The notes: generated by a model from the letters alone, not told the origin. 64,000 nucleotides of DNA from an uncultured Planctomycetota bacterium (GCA_963756475.1 CAVWND010000012.1:17777-81776), one strand, 5' to 3'; counted from the stretch's first letter, positions 45,431 through 56,293 are shown. Numbers and translations: made by a program.

Positions 45431-45564
45431 GGCGTGACTCCTCGCGTCACCGTCGGGATGAATCCAGGCCACAGGGGCGAGCGTCCCTGGCTTTGGCTAT
45501 CGTAGCCGGAATCCATCAGGAGCGTTAGGAGTGACGCGGTTGGCCGGGCTAGAGCGGTTCACGG

Positions 45565-45618
45565 TCAGGTTCGCGACCGCGCGATTATTCCTGTTTTTTT
45601 GGGAATCGCGCGATTTTG
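45565..45618 (-). promoter_or_regulatory. Dispersed ~54-bp upstream element, copy 2
   Basis: Near-identical to 2289-2341. Confidence 0.6.
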
Positions 45619-45757
45619 CCACCAGAAGTCGTACCCCCTCCGACCATCGCCCCCTGGCCTTGGGTCGATCCTCGGGATAACCTGGGCGGCTTCCGACGGC
45701 CCGCGAGGGGGCCGTCCCCCGCGCCCTCCGATCCCGACCTCCGAGGAGACACCCACG

Positions 45758-46618
45758 ATGAGACTGGTGACCGTCCAGACCGAGCAAGGTCCCCGGGCCT
45801 GCGGGGAGTTCGAGGGGCAGTACGTCAACCTCAATGCCGCCGACCCGGGCCTGCCGGCGACCGTCAAGGGGCTGCTGGCCCTGGGTCCGGAGGGACTGCG
45901 CCGGGCGGCCGAGGCCTTGCGAACCGGCGAGCGGACGTACAACCCGGCCAGGGCGACCCTGCTGGCTCCCGTGCCCGACCCGGCCAAGATCGTCTGCCTG
46001 GGGCTGAACTATCGCGACCACGCCGCCGAGAGCGGCATGGACGTTCCGCCCGAGCCGGTCCTCTTCAGCAAGTACGCCACGACCCTGATCGGCCACGGCG
46101 CCCCGATCATCCTGCCGCCCGAGAGCACCGAGGTCGACTACGAGGCCGAGCTGGTGGTGGTCATCGGCCAGGGCGGGCACGACATCCCCCGCGAGCAGGC
46201 GATGGAGCATGTCGGCGGGTACGCCGTCGGCCACGACGTCTCGGCCAGAGACTGGCAGCTCAACAAGCCTGGCAAGCAGTGGATGGCCGGCAAGACCTTC
46301 GACACCTTCGCGCCGGTCGGCCCGAGCCTGGTCACGGCCGACGAGGTGCCCGATCCGCAGGCGCTGGGCATCCGGCTCAGGCTCAACGGCCGGACGATGC
46401 AGGACTCGAACACCAACCAACTGGTCTTCCCGGTCGACTATGTGGTGTCGTACCTCTCAAAGATCTTCACGCTGGAGCCGGGCGACCTGATCTTCACCGG
46501 GACGCCGCCGGGGGTGGGGATGGCCCGCAAGCCGCCGGTCTGGCTCCAGCCGGGCGACATCGTGGAGGTCGAGATCGACGGCCTGGGGACGCTCCGGAAC
46601 CCGGTCATCCGACGCTGA
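45758..46618 (+). CDS. Fumarylacetoacetate hydrolase family protein
   Basis: KIVCLGLNYRDHAAE, VDYEAEL, DVSARDWQ, GKTFDTFAP, TGTPPGVG. Confidence 0.96.
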   Translation: MRLVTVQTEQGPRACGEFEGQYVNLNAADPGLPATVKGLLALGPEGLRRAAEALRTGERTYNPARATLLAPVPDPAKIVCLGLNYRDHAAESGMDVPPEPVLFSKYATTLIGHGAPIILPPESTEVDYEAELVVVIGQGGHDIPREQAMEHVGGYAVGHDVSARDWQLNKPGKQWMAGKTFDTFAPVGPSLVTADEVPDPQALGIRLRLNGRTMQDSNTNQLVFPVDYVVSYLSKIFTLEPGDLIFTGTPPGVGMARKPPVWLQPGDIVEVEIDGLGTLRNPVIRR

Positions 46619-46648
46619 GGATCGGGCCGAAAACCGGAGCCCCAGTTC

Positions 46649-47094
46649 GGGGACTGGCTCCGGAGCGTAGCCTGACCGACACTTTCGTGCACGCTGATCT
46701 GTGGGGCTCGCGAGGCGATTTTCCTCCCCTCTCCCTCGTCCATGTTTAGCGTTCCGAATGAGGGGAGATCCCGGATTCTGTAGGGGACGCTCCGCGTCCC
46801 GTGGCGCCCGATGCGGTCGACGGCGGGCGGGACGCAAAGCGTCCCCTACGAAAAACTCCAATCAAGGTATTCTTGTCTTCCTCCCCTCTCCCTCTGGGAG
46901 AGGGGCCGGGGGTGAGGGGCGTCGCTTCACCAGCGGGCCGGAAAAAAGGGCTCGATCGAGAGCCACTCGCCCGGCGACCACCCTCACCCCGGCCCTCTCC
47001 CAGAGGGAGAGGGAGGCATAAAGAGCCCAGCAAGGCGGCGTGAGTCGGAGGGACGGGGACAGTCTCCTCGAAGACTCGGAGCCTGTCCCCGTCC
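46649..47094. repeat. Cluster of four different palindromic repeat families
   Basis: GGGGACTGGCTCC half (46649); GTAGGGGACGC..GCGTCCCCTAC (46780-46849); CCCTCTCCCTCTGGGAGAGGGGCCGGGGGTGAGGG doublet (46881-47015); GGACGGGGACAG..CTGTCCCCGTCC (47051-47094). Confidence 0.88.
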
Positions 47095-47552
47095 TTCGAC
47101 CTGAAGGCGGCTCATAATCGGAGCCGAATAATTTTCGCTTTCGGCGGGAAAACCCGCAGACTTGAGGTTTACTTCGGGGGCGATCTGGATTATTGTCCCG
47201 CCGGTTCGCTTTCGTCACCTTGGTTTCGCCCGGCGGGGCTGGTCTTCGCCGGGGGGTTGCCAGGGATGGTGGAGGAAGTTCGGCACGCCCCGTGAGGGTT
47301 CCGGGGCGAGGAAAGGATTCCCGAGTCGAATCGAGCAGGATTGCCGCCGCGTCATACTTTGACCTTCTCCGACTGAGACCTCCGACGCATCCCGACGGTC
47401 CGCCGGGTTGGGGCATGACCGTGCCCTGATTCCAGCGGATGAGCGTGACCTTGAGTCCCCGGAGGGGACGAGGCCCGTCGTCGTTTCCCAGGTGGCCCGC
47501 TTTGCTTTCGTAGTAGGCTTCGGGATCTTGGGCGCGACACTGTTTCAGGAGT

Positions 47553-48266
47553 ATGGAAACGATGCGCAAGAGTCTCACTCAGAACATTCTGCGGGCGTCG
47601 ACGTTCGCCCTGACATGCCTCGCCCTGGTCGGCGCGGAGGTCAAGGCGGCGACGATCGAGAGCTACAGTACAACGGGCTCGATCGGCAGCACCGGTGTGT
47701 CCAACAGCAACGGCGACACGACCCCCGGCCCGATCGGCTTCACCCAGCAAGTCTCCGGCTCGTTCGGCCTGACCTCGAACGTGTCCCTGGGCTCGTTCGC
47801 CGTCTCGGCGCTGTCCGACGGCTCGACGACGACCTACGACAACACCCCGTTCACGATCAACTACATGCCCGTGAGCGACCCCAAATCCGATCTCACGTTC
47901 GCGACGACGCCGGTCACGTTCACGGGCGTGCTCAATGGCACGGTCACCGGGAACACGTCGAGCGTCAAGGCAACATTTACCGGTTCCACCAGCTCCGTCT
48001 TCCAGACGCTCGACGGCACGTTCATGAGCACGATCAGCCTTCCGAGCCAACCACTCCCCGTGGTCGCGGCCACCGCGGGCGCCCTGACGACGATCGAGGC
48101 GTCTGTGACCACGACCGGCCCGCCCGGCGTTCCCATCCCGTCCGGGTCCAGCGGCGGCGGCAGCGGCAGCAACTCGGTCCCTGAGCCGACAACGTTCGCC
48201 ATCCTGGCGACCGCGGTGATCGGCTTCGGGCTCCGCCAGCGGCTCCGCTCCCGCAGCGCCGCCTGA
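47553..48266 (+). CDS. PEP-CTERM protein
   Basis: Signal peptide, Ser/Thr-rich body, VPEPTTFAILA..RQRLR. Confidence 0.93.
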   Translation: METMRKSLTQNILRASTFALTCLALVGAEVKAATIESYSTTGSIGSTGVSNSNGDTTPGPIGFTQQVSGSFGLTSNVSLGSFAVSALSDGSTTTYDNTPFTINYMPVSDPKSDLTFATTPVTFTGVLNGTVTGNTSSVKATFTGSTSSVFQTLDGTFMSTISLPSQPLPVVAATAGALTTIEASVTTTGPPGVPIPSGSSGGGSGSNSVPEPTTFAILATAVIGFGLRQRLRSRSAA

Positions 48267-48476
48267 GCGAACCAGATCGGGCGACTCGCCGCCGGATTCG
48301 CGACGCCGACCCCCCCGGCGGAGCGGTGAATTCCGGCGGCGGCTCTCGCCGCTTCCCTCTTCTCTCCCTTGTCGTCTCACCTTCGGAACGTTAACCCTTT
48401 CGCATGCGACGAGTCGGGGCAACGCCGCCCACCTCGTCGCACCCCGATCCATCGGAGATCTTCTTCCATGTGGCGA

Positions 48477-49115
48477 ATGACGCCCCGACTCGCGATCGCA
48501 ACCTTGACCGCCACGCTGGCCCTTGCTTTCGCCCCGGCCCATCAGGCCGATGCCGCCGCAACCTATTCTTACACGACCACCGGGTCGATCTCGGGAATGT
48601 CCGGCGTCTTGCCGATCCAGTTCCTCGGACTCTACGGCGCCGGCACGCTAACGACCCCCGGCTCGTTCACGCTCGGTGAGTTCATCACCAACCCCCTGCC
48701 GCCGACGGCGACCCTGATCTACAACCACACACCGTTCACGATCGACGTGATGGTCTCCAACCCCACCGGCTACTACAAGACCGATTACAAGATCACCGGC
48801 AACCTCAACGGCTACATCACCGGCGCCGGGACCGGCGACATGGTGGCGAACGCTACCTCGGTCACGGCCACGGCCGGCGGGATCAGCGGCATCCCCCCGT
48901 TCCCGGCCTCCGACCTGGTGATCCTCGCCCCCCAGGCGATCGTCGCGCCCGATGGTTCCACCCGCGGCTTCACCAGGCTGACGGCCCAGGTGCTCGTCTC
49001 GGGCCTGGGGCCGCCCTCGCCGGCCCCCGAGCCGGCCTCGATCGCCATCTTCGGCGCGGCCCTGGCCGGCTGGGCGATCCGCCGGCGCTCCCGCTCGAAG
49101 AAGGCCAACGTCTGA
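48477..49115 (+). CDS. PEP-CTERM protein
   Basis: Signal peptide, APEPASIAIFG..IRRRSR. Confidence 0.93.
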   Translation: MTPRLAIATLTATLALAFAPAHQADAAATYSYTTTGSISGMSGVLPIQFLGLYGAGTLTTPGSFTLGEFITNPLPPTATLIYNHTPFTIDVMVSNPTGYYKTDYKITGNLNGYITGAGTGDMVANATSVTATAGGISGIPPFPASDLVILAPQAIVAPDGSTRGFTRLTAQVLVSGLGPPSPAPEPASIAIFGAALAGWAIRRRSRSKKANV

Positions 49116-49273
49116 ACGGATCTGATTCCCGAGGGGAGGGGCCATCCGCCCCTCCCTCGCTCTGACCACCGTGACGGGAAGCAAGGTCGCGTCCCGTCCT
49201 CGATGCGCGAGGCCCTCCCAAGGTCGGGCCAGGCCTCGCCGTCGGTCTCCTCTCCGATCACAAGGAAGTGACC

Positions 49274-50153
49274 ATGCGCGGATGCGGCTCCCTGGCGTCG
49301 GCTCGCGCCTCGATCTTGACCCTTGTCGCCGGGTCGCTCCTGGCCCCGGGCGTCGCGTCCGCGGCCAAGGCACCCCTCCCCTCGCCCACCAAGGCGTTCG
49401 TCTACGACACGTCGGGCGTCGTCGGGATCGGGGCCAACCCGGCCTCGGTGAACGGGCCGGCCGTCCTTGAGTTCCAGGGCGTCACCAACGACGTCTTCCA
49501 CCCGAAGTCCGGCCAGACGGTCGAGCTCGGCCAGTTCGTCGCGACCCCTTCGACGGCCTCGACCGGCCAGACGACCACGTACACCGGGACCCCGTTCGAG
49601 GTCCAGGTCCAGGCCCCCGAGTTCAACAAGACCAACACCGTCCCGGTGCTCGCCTCGGTCTTCCCCTCGCTCGGCAAGCAACTCAGGCTCAAGACGGAAG
49701 TCGAGAACAGCCTGCTCCTGAAGGGGCATCTCGATGGCACCATCGGCCCCAACGGCCAGGTCAACGTGAAGGCGACAGTTCAACTCGATCAAGCTGGGCA
49801 GCCTCGACGCTCCGGGCACGGACCACTCCACCCGGTTCACGTTTCCGATCCGATACAGCGAGTTCAAGCTCCCTCCCGGCTGGACGATGTCGACCTCGCC
49901 GCTGACCATCCCGACGACAGGCACGGCCACGACCACAACTTCGGCCCCGATGGTCCCGGCTACCAGCACCGCGACCGCGACCGCGACGGTCCAGCCCGCC
50001 CCGGCCGCTGAGATGCTCATCGCCACTCCCACGGCCGCGACCCCGACCCCGATGATCACGCCCACCCCCACGCCCGAGCCATCGACACTCGTCTTCTTCG
50101 CCACCGTCCTGGGCGGCCTGGTCCTGGGCCGTCGCCGCCTCGCCGCCGGCTGA
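49274..50153 (+). CDS. PEP-CTERM protein (frameshift near 49780)
   Basis: Signal peptide, Thr/Pro linker, TPEPSTLVFF..GRRR. Confidence 0.88.
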
Positions 50154-50284
50154 ATGGGCCGAAGCATGGGAAGCCGATCCTCGTTCATCGCGTCTTCGCG
50201 TTCATTTCTCGATATCGCCCGCTCGTCGAGCACGCTACAATTCCAGGCCGAACCTCCGAAGTCGCTTCGAAGGAGTAAGGCCGC

Positions 50285-51757
50285 ATGACGATCCGACACA
50301 TCGAGCATCCCGGCAAGGTCCGCACCAAGATCGTGGCCACGGTCGGCCCCACGTCGCGAAACCCCGCCGTTCTCCGCGAACTGGTCGAGGCGGGCGTCGA
50401 CGTCTTCCGGCTCAACTTCTCGCACGGCTCGCATGACGAGCACACCGAGGTCCTCCGGGCGATCCGGAAGGTCGGCGAGGAGTCGGGGCGGTCCCTGGCG
50501 ATCTTGCAGGATCTGGGCGGCCCGAAGATCCGGCTCGGTCCGATCCCCGGCGACTCGGTCGATTGTCAGCTCGGAGAATCGTTCACCCTGGTCGTCGACC
50601 GGACCTCGGACGACCCTCGACAGCTCACCTGCACCTATCGCGAGCTGCCCCACGACCTCAAGGCTGGCGACTCCGTGCTCTTCGCTGACGGCGCGGTGGC
50701 CATGCGCGTGGTTGAGGCGTCCGGCGGGACGGTCGGGCTCTCGGTCACACTGGCCGGCCGGCTGAAGTCGAGACAGGGGCTGAATCTCCCCGGCGCCAAG
50801 CTGAGCGTCCGGGCCTTGACCGAGAAGGACCTCTTCGACCTCGACTGGACCGCCCGGTCGGGCGTCGAGTACGTCGGGCTCTCCTTCGTCCGCCACGCCG
50901 ACGACGTGGTCTGGCTCCGCCGCGAGCTGGAGGCCCGGGGCTCGAAGGCCCGGATCGTCGCCAAGATCGAGAAGCCCGAGGCGGTCGACCTCCTCGACGA
51001 GATCGTCGCCCAGGCCGACGCCGTGATGGTGGCCCGCGGCGACCTCGGCGTCGAGATGGACGTGGCCGAGGTCCCAGCGATCCAGAAGCAAGTGATCGCC
51101 GCCTGCCACCGGGCGAGGGTGCCGGTGATCACCGCGACCCAGATGCTCAACAGCATGGAGACCTCGAACCGGCCGACCCGGGCCGAGGCCAGCGACGTCT
51201 TCAACGCCGTGCTCGACGGCACCGACGCGGTGATGCTCTCGGGCGAGACGGCCGTCGGCCAGTACCCGGTCGAGGCCGTCGAGACGATGAGCCGGATCGT
51301 CTCGCGGGCCGAGTCGTTCCTCTCCGACCGGAAGCCGGGCCGGCCGCTCGGCTCGGTCGCCGCGGGCGTGGGCTGGAGCAACCAGGGCTGGATCACGCCG
51401 ATCACCGAGGCGATCGTCGACGCCGCCAGCCACGCCTGCCTCCGGCTCGATCCCGCCCTCCTGATCGTGGCGACGCGCTCGGGCCGGTCGGCCCTGGCGG
51501 CCTCGAAGTACCGCAACGCCACGCCGACCCTCGCCCTGGCCGACGACCCCGAGATCGCCCGGGTGATGGCCCTCTACTGGGGCGTGACGCCGCTCTACAC
51601 GCCCGAGATCGCCGACGTCGAGCACGCCCTGACCGTCGCGCTCGACTGGGCCAAGGCCCACCACCTCGCCCAGGCCGGCGACCGGGTCGTCGTGGTCCAG
51701 GGGACCATCCCCGGCAGCCAGGCCCACAACGCCCTGCTCGTGCGGGAGGTCGAATGA
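50285..51757 (+). CDS. pyk: Pyruvate kinase
   Basis: TKIVATVGP, RLNFSHG, AKIEK, MVARGDLGVE, ATQMLNSM, MLSGETA. Confidence 0.98.
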   Translation: MTIRHIEHPGKVRTKIVATVGPTSRNPAVLRELVEAGVDVFRLNFSHGSHDEHTEVLRAIRKVGEESGRSLAILQDLGGPKIRLGPIPGDSVDCQLGESFTLVVDRTSDDPRQLTCTYRELPHDLKAGDSVLFADGAVAMRVVEASGGTVGLSVTLAGRLKSRQGLNLPGAKLSVRALTEKDLFDLDWTARSGVEYVGLSFVRHADDVVWLRRELEARGSKARIVAKIEKPEAVDLLDEIVAQADAVMVARGDLGVEMDVAEVPAIQKQVIAACHRARVPVITATQMLNSMETSNRPTRAEASDVFNAVLDGTDAVMLSGETAVGQYPVEAVETMSRIVSRAESFLSDRKPGRPLGSVAAGVGWSNQGWITPITEAIVDAASHACLRLDPALLIVATRSGRSALAASKYRNATPTLALADDPEIARVMALYWGVTPLYTPEIADVEHALTVALDWAKAHHLAQAGDRVVVVQGTIPGSQAHNALLVREVE

Positions 51758-51898
51758 GCGGGCGATGTGTGATGATCGATGGACGATGGCCGATCGGGCT
51801 TTCCGTCGATCGACCGTACTCGGCGCACCTATCGCTGCCCGTTGACCGAGAGGATATCAGAAGCCGGTTGCTCAGGCCGGGTCAGCCGAGCCTGGTTC

Positions 51899-52195
51899 CT
51901 ACGCGGGCGAGACTTCGAAGATGGTCCTGCTCTCCAGGCTGTCTTCGACATTTGTCAACTGATGGACCCTGTCGAGCAGACCCGCGGCCTCCAACGCGTC
52001 CAGATCTTCACGGGAGAAATCCCAGGGCAGGCAGGATGAGTCGATGATTTTGCCGTTCGCTGTCATCCAATGATACAGCCCGAACGGTAAATAACCCAGG
52101 TACTCGGTGCAGTAGACAACCCTTCGAGACCGCTCGCCAGCAACTGCCGAACGAAGACACCTCAGCAAATCAGCTTGTGTGCGTGTCAGACTCAT
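51899..52195 (-). CDS. Hypothetical protein (lower GC)
   Basis: 98-aa ORF between two convergent core genes. Confidence 0.6.
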   Translation of the reverse strand: MSLTRTQADLLRCLRSAVAGERSRRVVYCTEYLGYLPFGLYHWMTANGKIIDSSCLPWDFSREDLDALEAAGLLDRVHQLTNVEDSLESRTIFEVSPA

Positions 52196-52300
52196 TTCGG
52201 CCTAATCTCGATAGTCGGTCGAGCTGGACCATCGCCGACCGTCCATCATAGCCCATCAACACTCGATTTCGGATCATACTGACGGACCCGGGTGTGCCCC

Positions 52301-53335
52301 TCAACCCCCCTCGCTCAAGGCCGAATCTCGGGCCGGCGTCGCGTGCATCGGGTGGGCCGTCGCGGAGGTTTCCCTCTCGTCGAGTCGGACGTTCACCGGC
52401 AACGCGACCGGCGCCGGAGGCGCCAGCGGGGCCTCGGGGGCGATCCCTAGCATCGGCTTGATCGACCGGGCCAGCCGGGGATGACGGAGAGAGAGGCAGC
52501 GGAGGGCGCAGGCGGCCCAACCTCGGGCCATCGTTCGCTCCCACTGGATCGCCTCGGCCAGACGTTGGGGCTCGGTGGCCAGGCCCGAGGCGATCTCCGC
52601 GGGGTCGTCGGCCTCGTAGCCGTGGCTCGAAAGCCAATTTCCGCAGATCCTCGCCAGCACGGCCCGCTCGCGAGCGGTCGCGCGCTCTCGCCAGTCGCCG
52701 ACACGGCCCTCCCTCATGTGGTTCCAGTGCAGGAGGGTCCGGCGATCGTGCGCCTGGGCGATCGACGGGTCGTCGAGGTCAATTCCGCCCTGCTGGAGCC
52801 GTTTGCCCAGCTCCACGGTCCGCCGCTGGTTGGCCTGGAACGAGTACTCAGCCGCGACATCGGCCGCCTCGCCGGGCTTGAGCGTCAGCCCCAGGTGGGC
52901 GGCCAGCTCCTCGATACCGGTCGCCGGGTCGGCGATCAGCCGGTCGTAGCGCTGGGTGATCGACCGGGGCTGGCTCGACCAGAACCGGTCGTTGGCCAGG
53001 ACCTGGTGGACCATCCCCTGCCTGACCAGCGTCTCGAAGTCGATCTGCCGCTTATGCATCAGCGAGTAAACGACGTCGCGGACGTCCCGATGGGCGTAGA
53101 TCGCGACCGCCCGCCCCTCGGCCAGGACCCGGGCGAACCGCCCGTGCTCCTCGTGCGACTTCAAGACCTTCCAGGTCGCGGGGTCATCCCCTTCCTGGTC
53201 GTCCAGCTCCGCGAACTGGTCGCCGGTCAGGTAGCCGAGTCGGACGCCGCCCCGGTGCCGCTCCAGGAGGTGGGAAATCACCTCGTACTGCCAGGTCGAG
53301 CACGCCCGATACATTCCCACGCACAAGACGTACAT
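52301..53335 (-). CDS. Sulfotransferase domain protein
   Basis: GMYRACSTW (5'-PSB-like), VLKSH, HRDVRDVVYS, REGRVGDW. Confidence 0.85.
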   Translation of the reverse strand: MYVLCVGMYRACSTWQYEVISHLLERHRGGVRLGYLTGDQFAELDDQEGDDPATWKVLKSHEEHGRFARVLAEGRAVAIYAHRDVRDVVYSLMHKRQIDFETLVRQGMVHQVLANDRFWSSQPRSITQRYDRLIADPATGIEELAAHLGLTLKPGEAADVAAEYSFQANQRRTVELGKRLQQGGIDLDDPSIAQAHDRRTLLHWNHMREGRVGDWRERATARERAVLARICGNWLSSHGYEADDPAEIASGLATEPQRLAEAIQWERTMARGWAACALRCLSLRHPRLARSIKPMLGIAPEAPLAPPAPVALPVNVRLDERETSATAHPMHATPARDSALSEGG

Positions 53336-53501
53336 CGATCGGCCTCCGCCTTCCCATTTTCGGCGATCACCCGGGGACATGTCCGATTCGAGGCGATCCC
53401 CCGTTCCAGTCATCCCCCGAAAGCCCAAGAAATCGGCGAAGTCCGCCCGGTTTCGAGGCGACCCCTCCCGAAACTCCGCCTCAATCGCCCCGTTTTGCTC
53501 T

Positions 53502-53517
53502 TGGCACGAAATTCGCT
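53502..53517 (+). promoter_or_regulatory. Putative sigma-54 -24/-12 promoter
   Basis: TGGCACGAAATTCGCT, GG-N10-GC spacing. Confidence 0.55.
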
Positions 53518-53767
53518 AATTGAGGAAATCCAACAAATTATCAAGAACTTTCAGGCGACCGGCAACCCTCAAGCGGGGGGAGTTTGGCCGCGACGCCCGG
53601 GGCTGTCAACCCAACCTCCACGATCGACCAACGACCCACCCTGGCGCCTCCGAATCCTCCTTCCCTTCGAGACTCGCGGTGATAAAATATTAATAAAAGG
53701 TAAAATCTCCGGCGGCCGACCCAACGCGACCGGACGCCCGGACCTCGATGATCGAGAGGTTATCAGG

Positions 53768-54725
53768 ATGACACCTTCCCTCTTGCGCCGATCGTTCGCG
53801 GTCGGTCGTCATCAGACCTTGAAGCTGGCCTTCTGCCTGGCGATCGCGGCCGGGCTGGGTGTCGTCGCCTGGCTGGGCGTTGACCTGGCGTTATTGAAGA
53901 CGGCGCCGGCGCCGGTGATGGCCGTCGAGGCTCGCCCGAGGACGGGCGGAGGCGCTGGTGATCAACGGTGGTGGGCGGCTCACCGACGAGGTCCGCGACC
54001 GGTTCCTGGAGCTGGCCGGCGGCCGGGACGCCCGGATTGTCCTGATCCCGACGGCCCGCTCGATCGCCGCCGACGCGATCGACCCCGAGCAGGACCTGGA
54101 GCCCTGGGAAGAGCGAGGGGTCGCCTCGGTCCGCCTGCTCCACACCCGGTCCCGGGCGATCGCCGATGACCCGTGCTTCGCCGAGCCCCTGGCCGACGCC
54201 ACGGGCGTCTGGATCGGCGGCGGGGCACAGACCCGGCTCTCCGAGGCCTACGCCGGCACCGAGGTCGAGCGCCAGTTGAAGGCCCTGCTCGACCGGGGCG
54301 GCGTGATCGGCGGCAGCTCGGCCGGCGCCGCGATCATGACCCGCGTTATGATCGCCAGCGGTCGAACCGATCCGGTCGAGGGCCGAGGCTTCGACTTCCT
54401 CCCCGGCGCCGTGGTCGACCAGCACTTCCTCAAGCGGAACCGGCTGGGGCGCCTGACGAAGCTCCTGGAGCGCCATCCCGACCTGATCGGCTTCGGGATC
54501 GACGAGCAGACCGCGCTGGTCGTCGGCGTCCGGGACCAGCAGATCAGCGTCGTGGGCGACTCCTACGTTGTCGCCTGCCTGCCCGCCTCGAAGGACCAGC
54601 CCGCCCGGTTCCAGATCCTCAAGGAAGGGGATCAGACCGACCTGGCTGCCCTCCGCAAGCCCGACTCCGCCGTCATCCCGGCGATCGACCTCGGCGAAGT
54701 TGCCTCGTCGAAACACGGGCTCTGA
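53768..54725 (+). CDS. Cyanophycinase-like peptidase S51 with N-terminal anchor (frameshift near 53945)
   Basis: VLIPTA, GVWIGGGAQ, GGSSAGA, DQHF..RNR, GIDEQTAL. Confidence 0.9.
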
Positions 54726-54872
54726 TCGGGATGGATCCGCGATTGGATGGTGGTTGACAGCGGCGAGCCGCCGGGGATACTGGAGGATGGCCGGTCTTTC
54801 GGATCGCGAGGGACTCCGGCCTCCGCCTGGATTCCCCGCGCGACCCTCCTCCCTCCGACAGGATACGGCCCG

Positions 54873-56271
54873 ATGAGCTCCTCCCAGCCCGGTTGACCGA
54901 GCCTGCCTTCGAGGCGGGATTTCCTCCGTTTCGGCTCGATGACGCTGGGGAGCCTGACCCTGGCCGACCTCTTCCGGATGCGGGCCTCGGCGGGCGCACC
55001 TGCGGTCGAGCCGGACACCTCGGTCATCCTGCTCTGGCTGCCGGGCGGACCGCCGCACATGGAAACGTATGACTTGAAGCCCGACGCCCCGGCCGAGTAC
55101 CGGGGGGCGTTCAAGCCGATCCCGACCGTCGTGCCGGGGCTGGACGTCTGCGAGCTGCTTCCTCGACATGCGCAGGTCGCCGACCGGTTCAACATCATCC
55201 GCTCGGTCGCGCACGAGTTCGCCGACCACGGCGGCGGCCACAAGCGGTTCCTGACCGGGCGATTCCCCGCCGAGCCGACCGGGTTCGTCAACGACGCCCC
55301 GATGGTCGGCTCGATCGTGGCCAAGGTCCGCGAGAATCGCGACGTCGGCGTGCCGAACTACGTGGCCGGGACCGACTCCGGCCGGTCCGGGATCGACGTC
55401 TTCAGCTTCGGCGCGGCGTACCTCGGCCAGTCGCCGACCCCCTTCCTGTTCGGCGGCGACCCGTCGGCCGCCGACTTCAAGGTCCAGGAGCTGAACCTCG
55501 AACCGGGCGTGGCCCGGCGACTGGGCCGCCGCGCGCGCGCTCCTGGCCGACTTCGACCGCGTCCGCCGCGAGTTCGACCGGAGTCCCGCCATCGAGGCGC
55601 TGGACGACTTCGAACGCCGGGCCTTCGGGCTGCTCCTGAGCGACAAGGCCCGCGACGCGTTTGACCTCTCGCGCGAGGACCCCAGGCTCCGCGACCGCTA
55701 CGGCCGCCACGCCTATGGCCAACGGGCCTTGCTCGCTCGCAGGCTGGTCGAGGCCGGGTGCAGCTTCGTGACGATGGTCCTGGAAAACCCGGTGCCCAGG
55801 GGCACCCCGATGCCCGAAGGCGTCATCTACAACTGGGACTCGCACGCCGTCAACGGCCACATCTTCGACGACGCCCGCTATCGCTTCCCGCTCTACGACC
55901 AGGCGGTGACGGCGCTGGTGGAGGATCTCCACGCCCGGGAGCTGACCCGCAAGGTGCTCCTGATCGTGACCGGCGAGTTCGGCCGGACCCCAAAGATCTC
56001 CTACGACAAGGGCCGCCCTGGCCGAGACCACTGGCCCAGCGCCATGTCGATGCTCGTCTCCGGCGGCGGGATGAGGACCGGCCAGGTCATCGGCTCGACC
56101 GACCGCCGGGGCGAACGCCCCAAGGACCGGCCGCTCACGCCGAATGATCTCTGGGCCACGATGTACCGGCACCTCGGGATCGACCCCGAGCAGACCTTCC
56201 CCGACAAGATCGGCCGTCCGATGCCGATCCTCCCCTTCGGCGAGCCGATCCGCGAGTTGTTGCCGGCCTGA
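54873..56271 (+). CDS. DUF1501 domain protein (frameshifted)
   Basis: SRRDFL, GGPPHMETYDLKP, LARRLVEAG, WDSH, GEFGRTP, GRDHW. Confidence 0.94.
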
Positions 56272-56293
56272 ATGGCTCACGACGGAGGAAAAC

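Noticed and set aside
46829-46840. GGGACGCAAAGC resembling a c-di-GMP-I riboswitch core
   Set aside because: It is the right arm of a GTAG REP palindrome; the upstream GGCAAAC and GAAA tetraloop stem are absent.
48812-51727. 971-aa antisense ORF and similar long shadow ORFs (e.g. 11488-13536, 1477-3141)
   Set aside because: They overlap well-supported genes on the opposite strand and are expected stop-poor artefacts of high GC.
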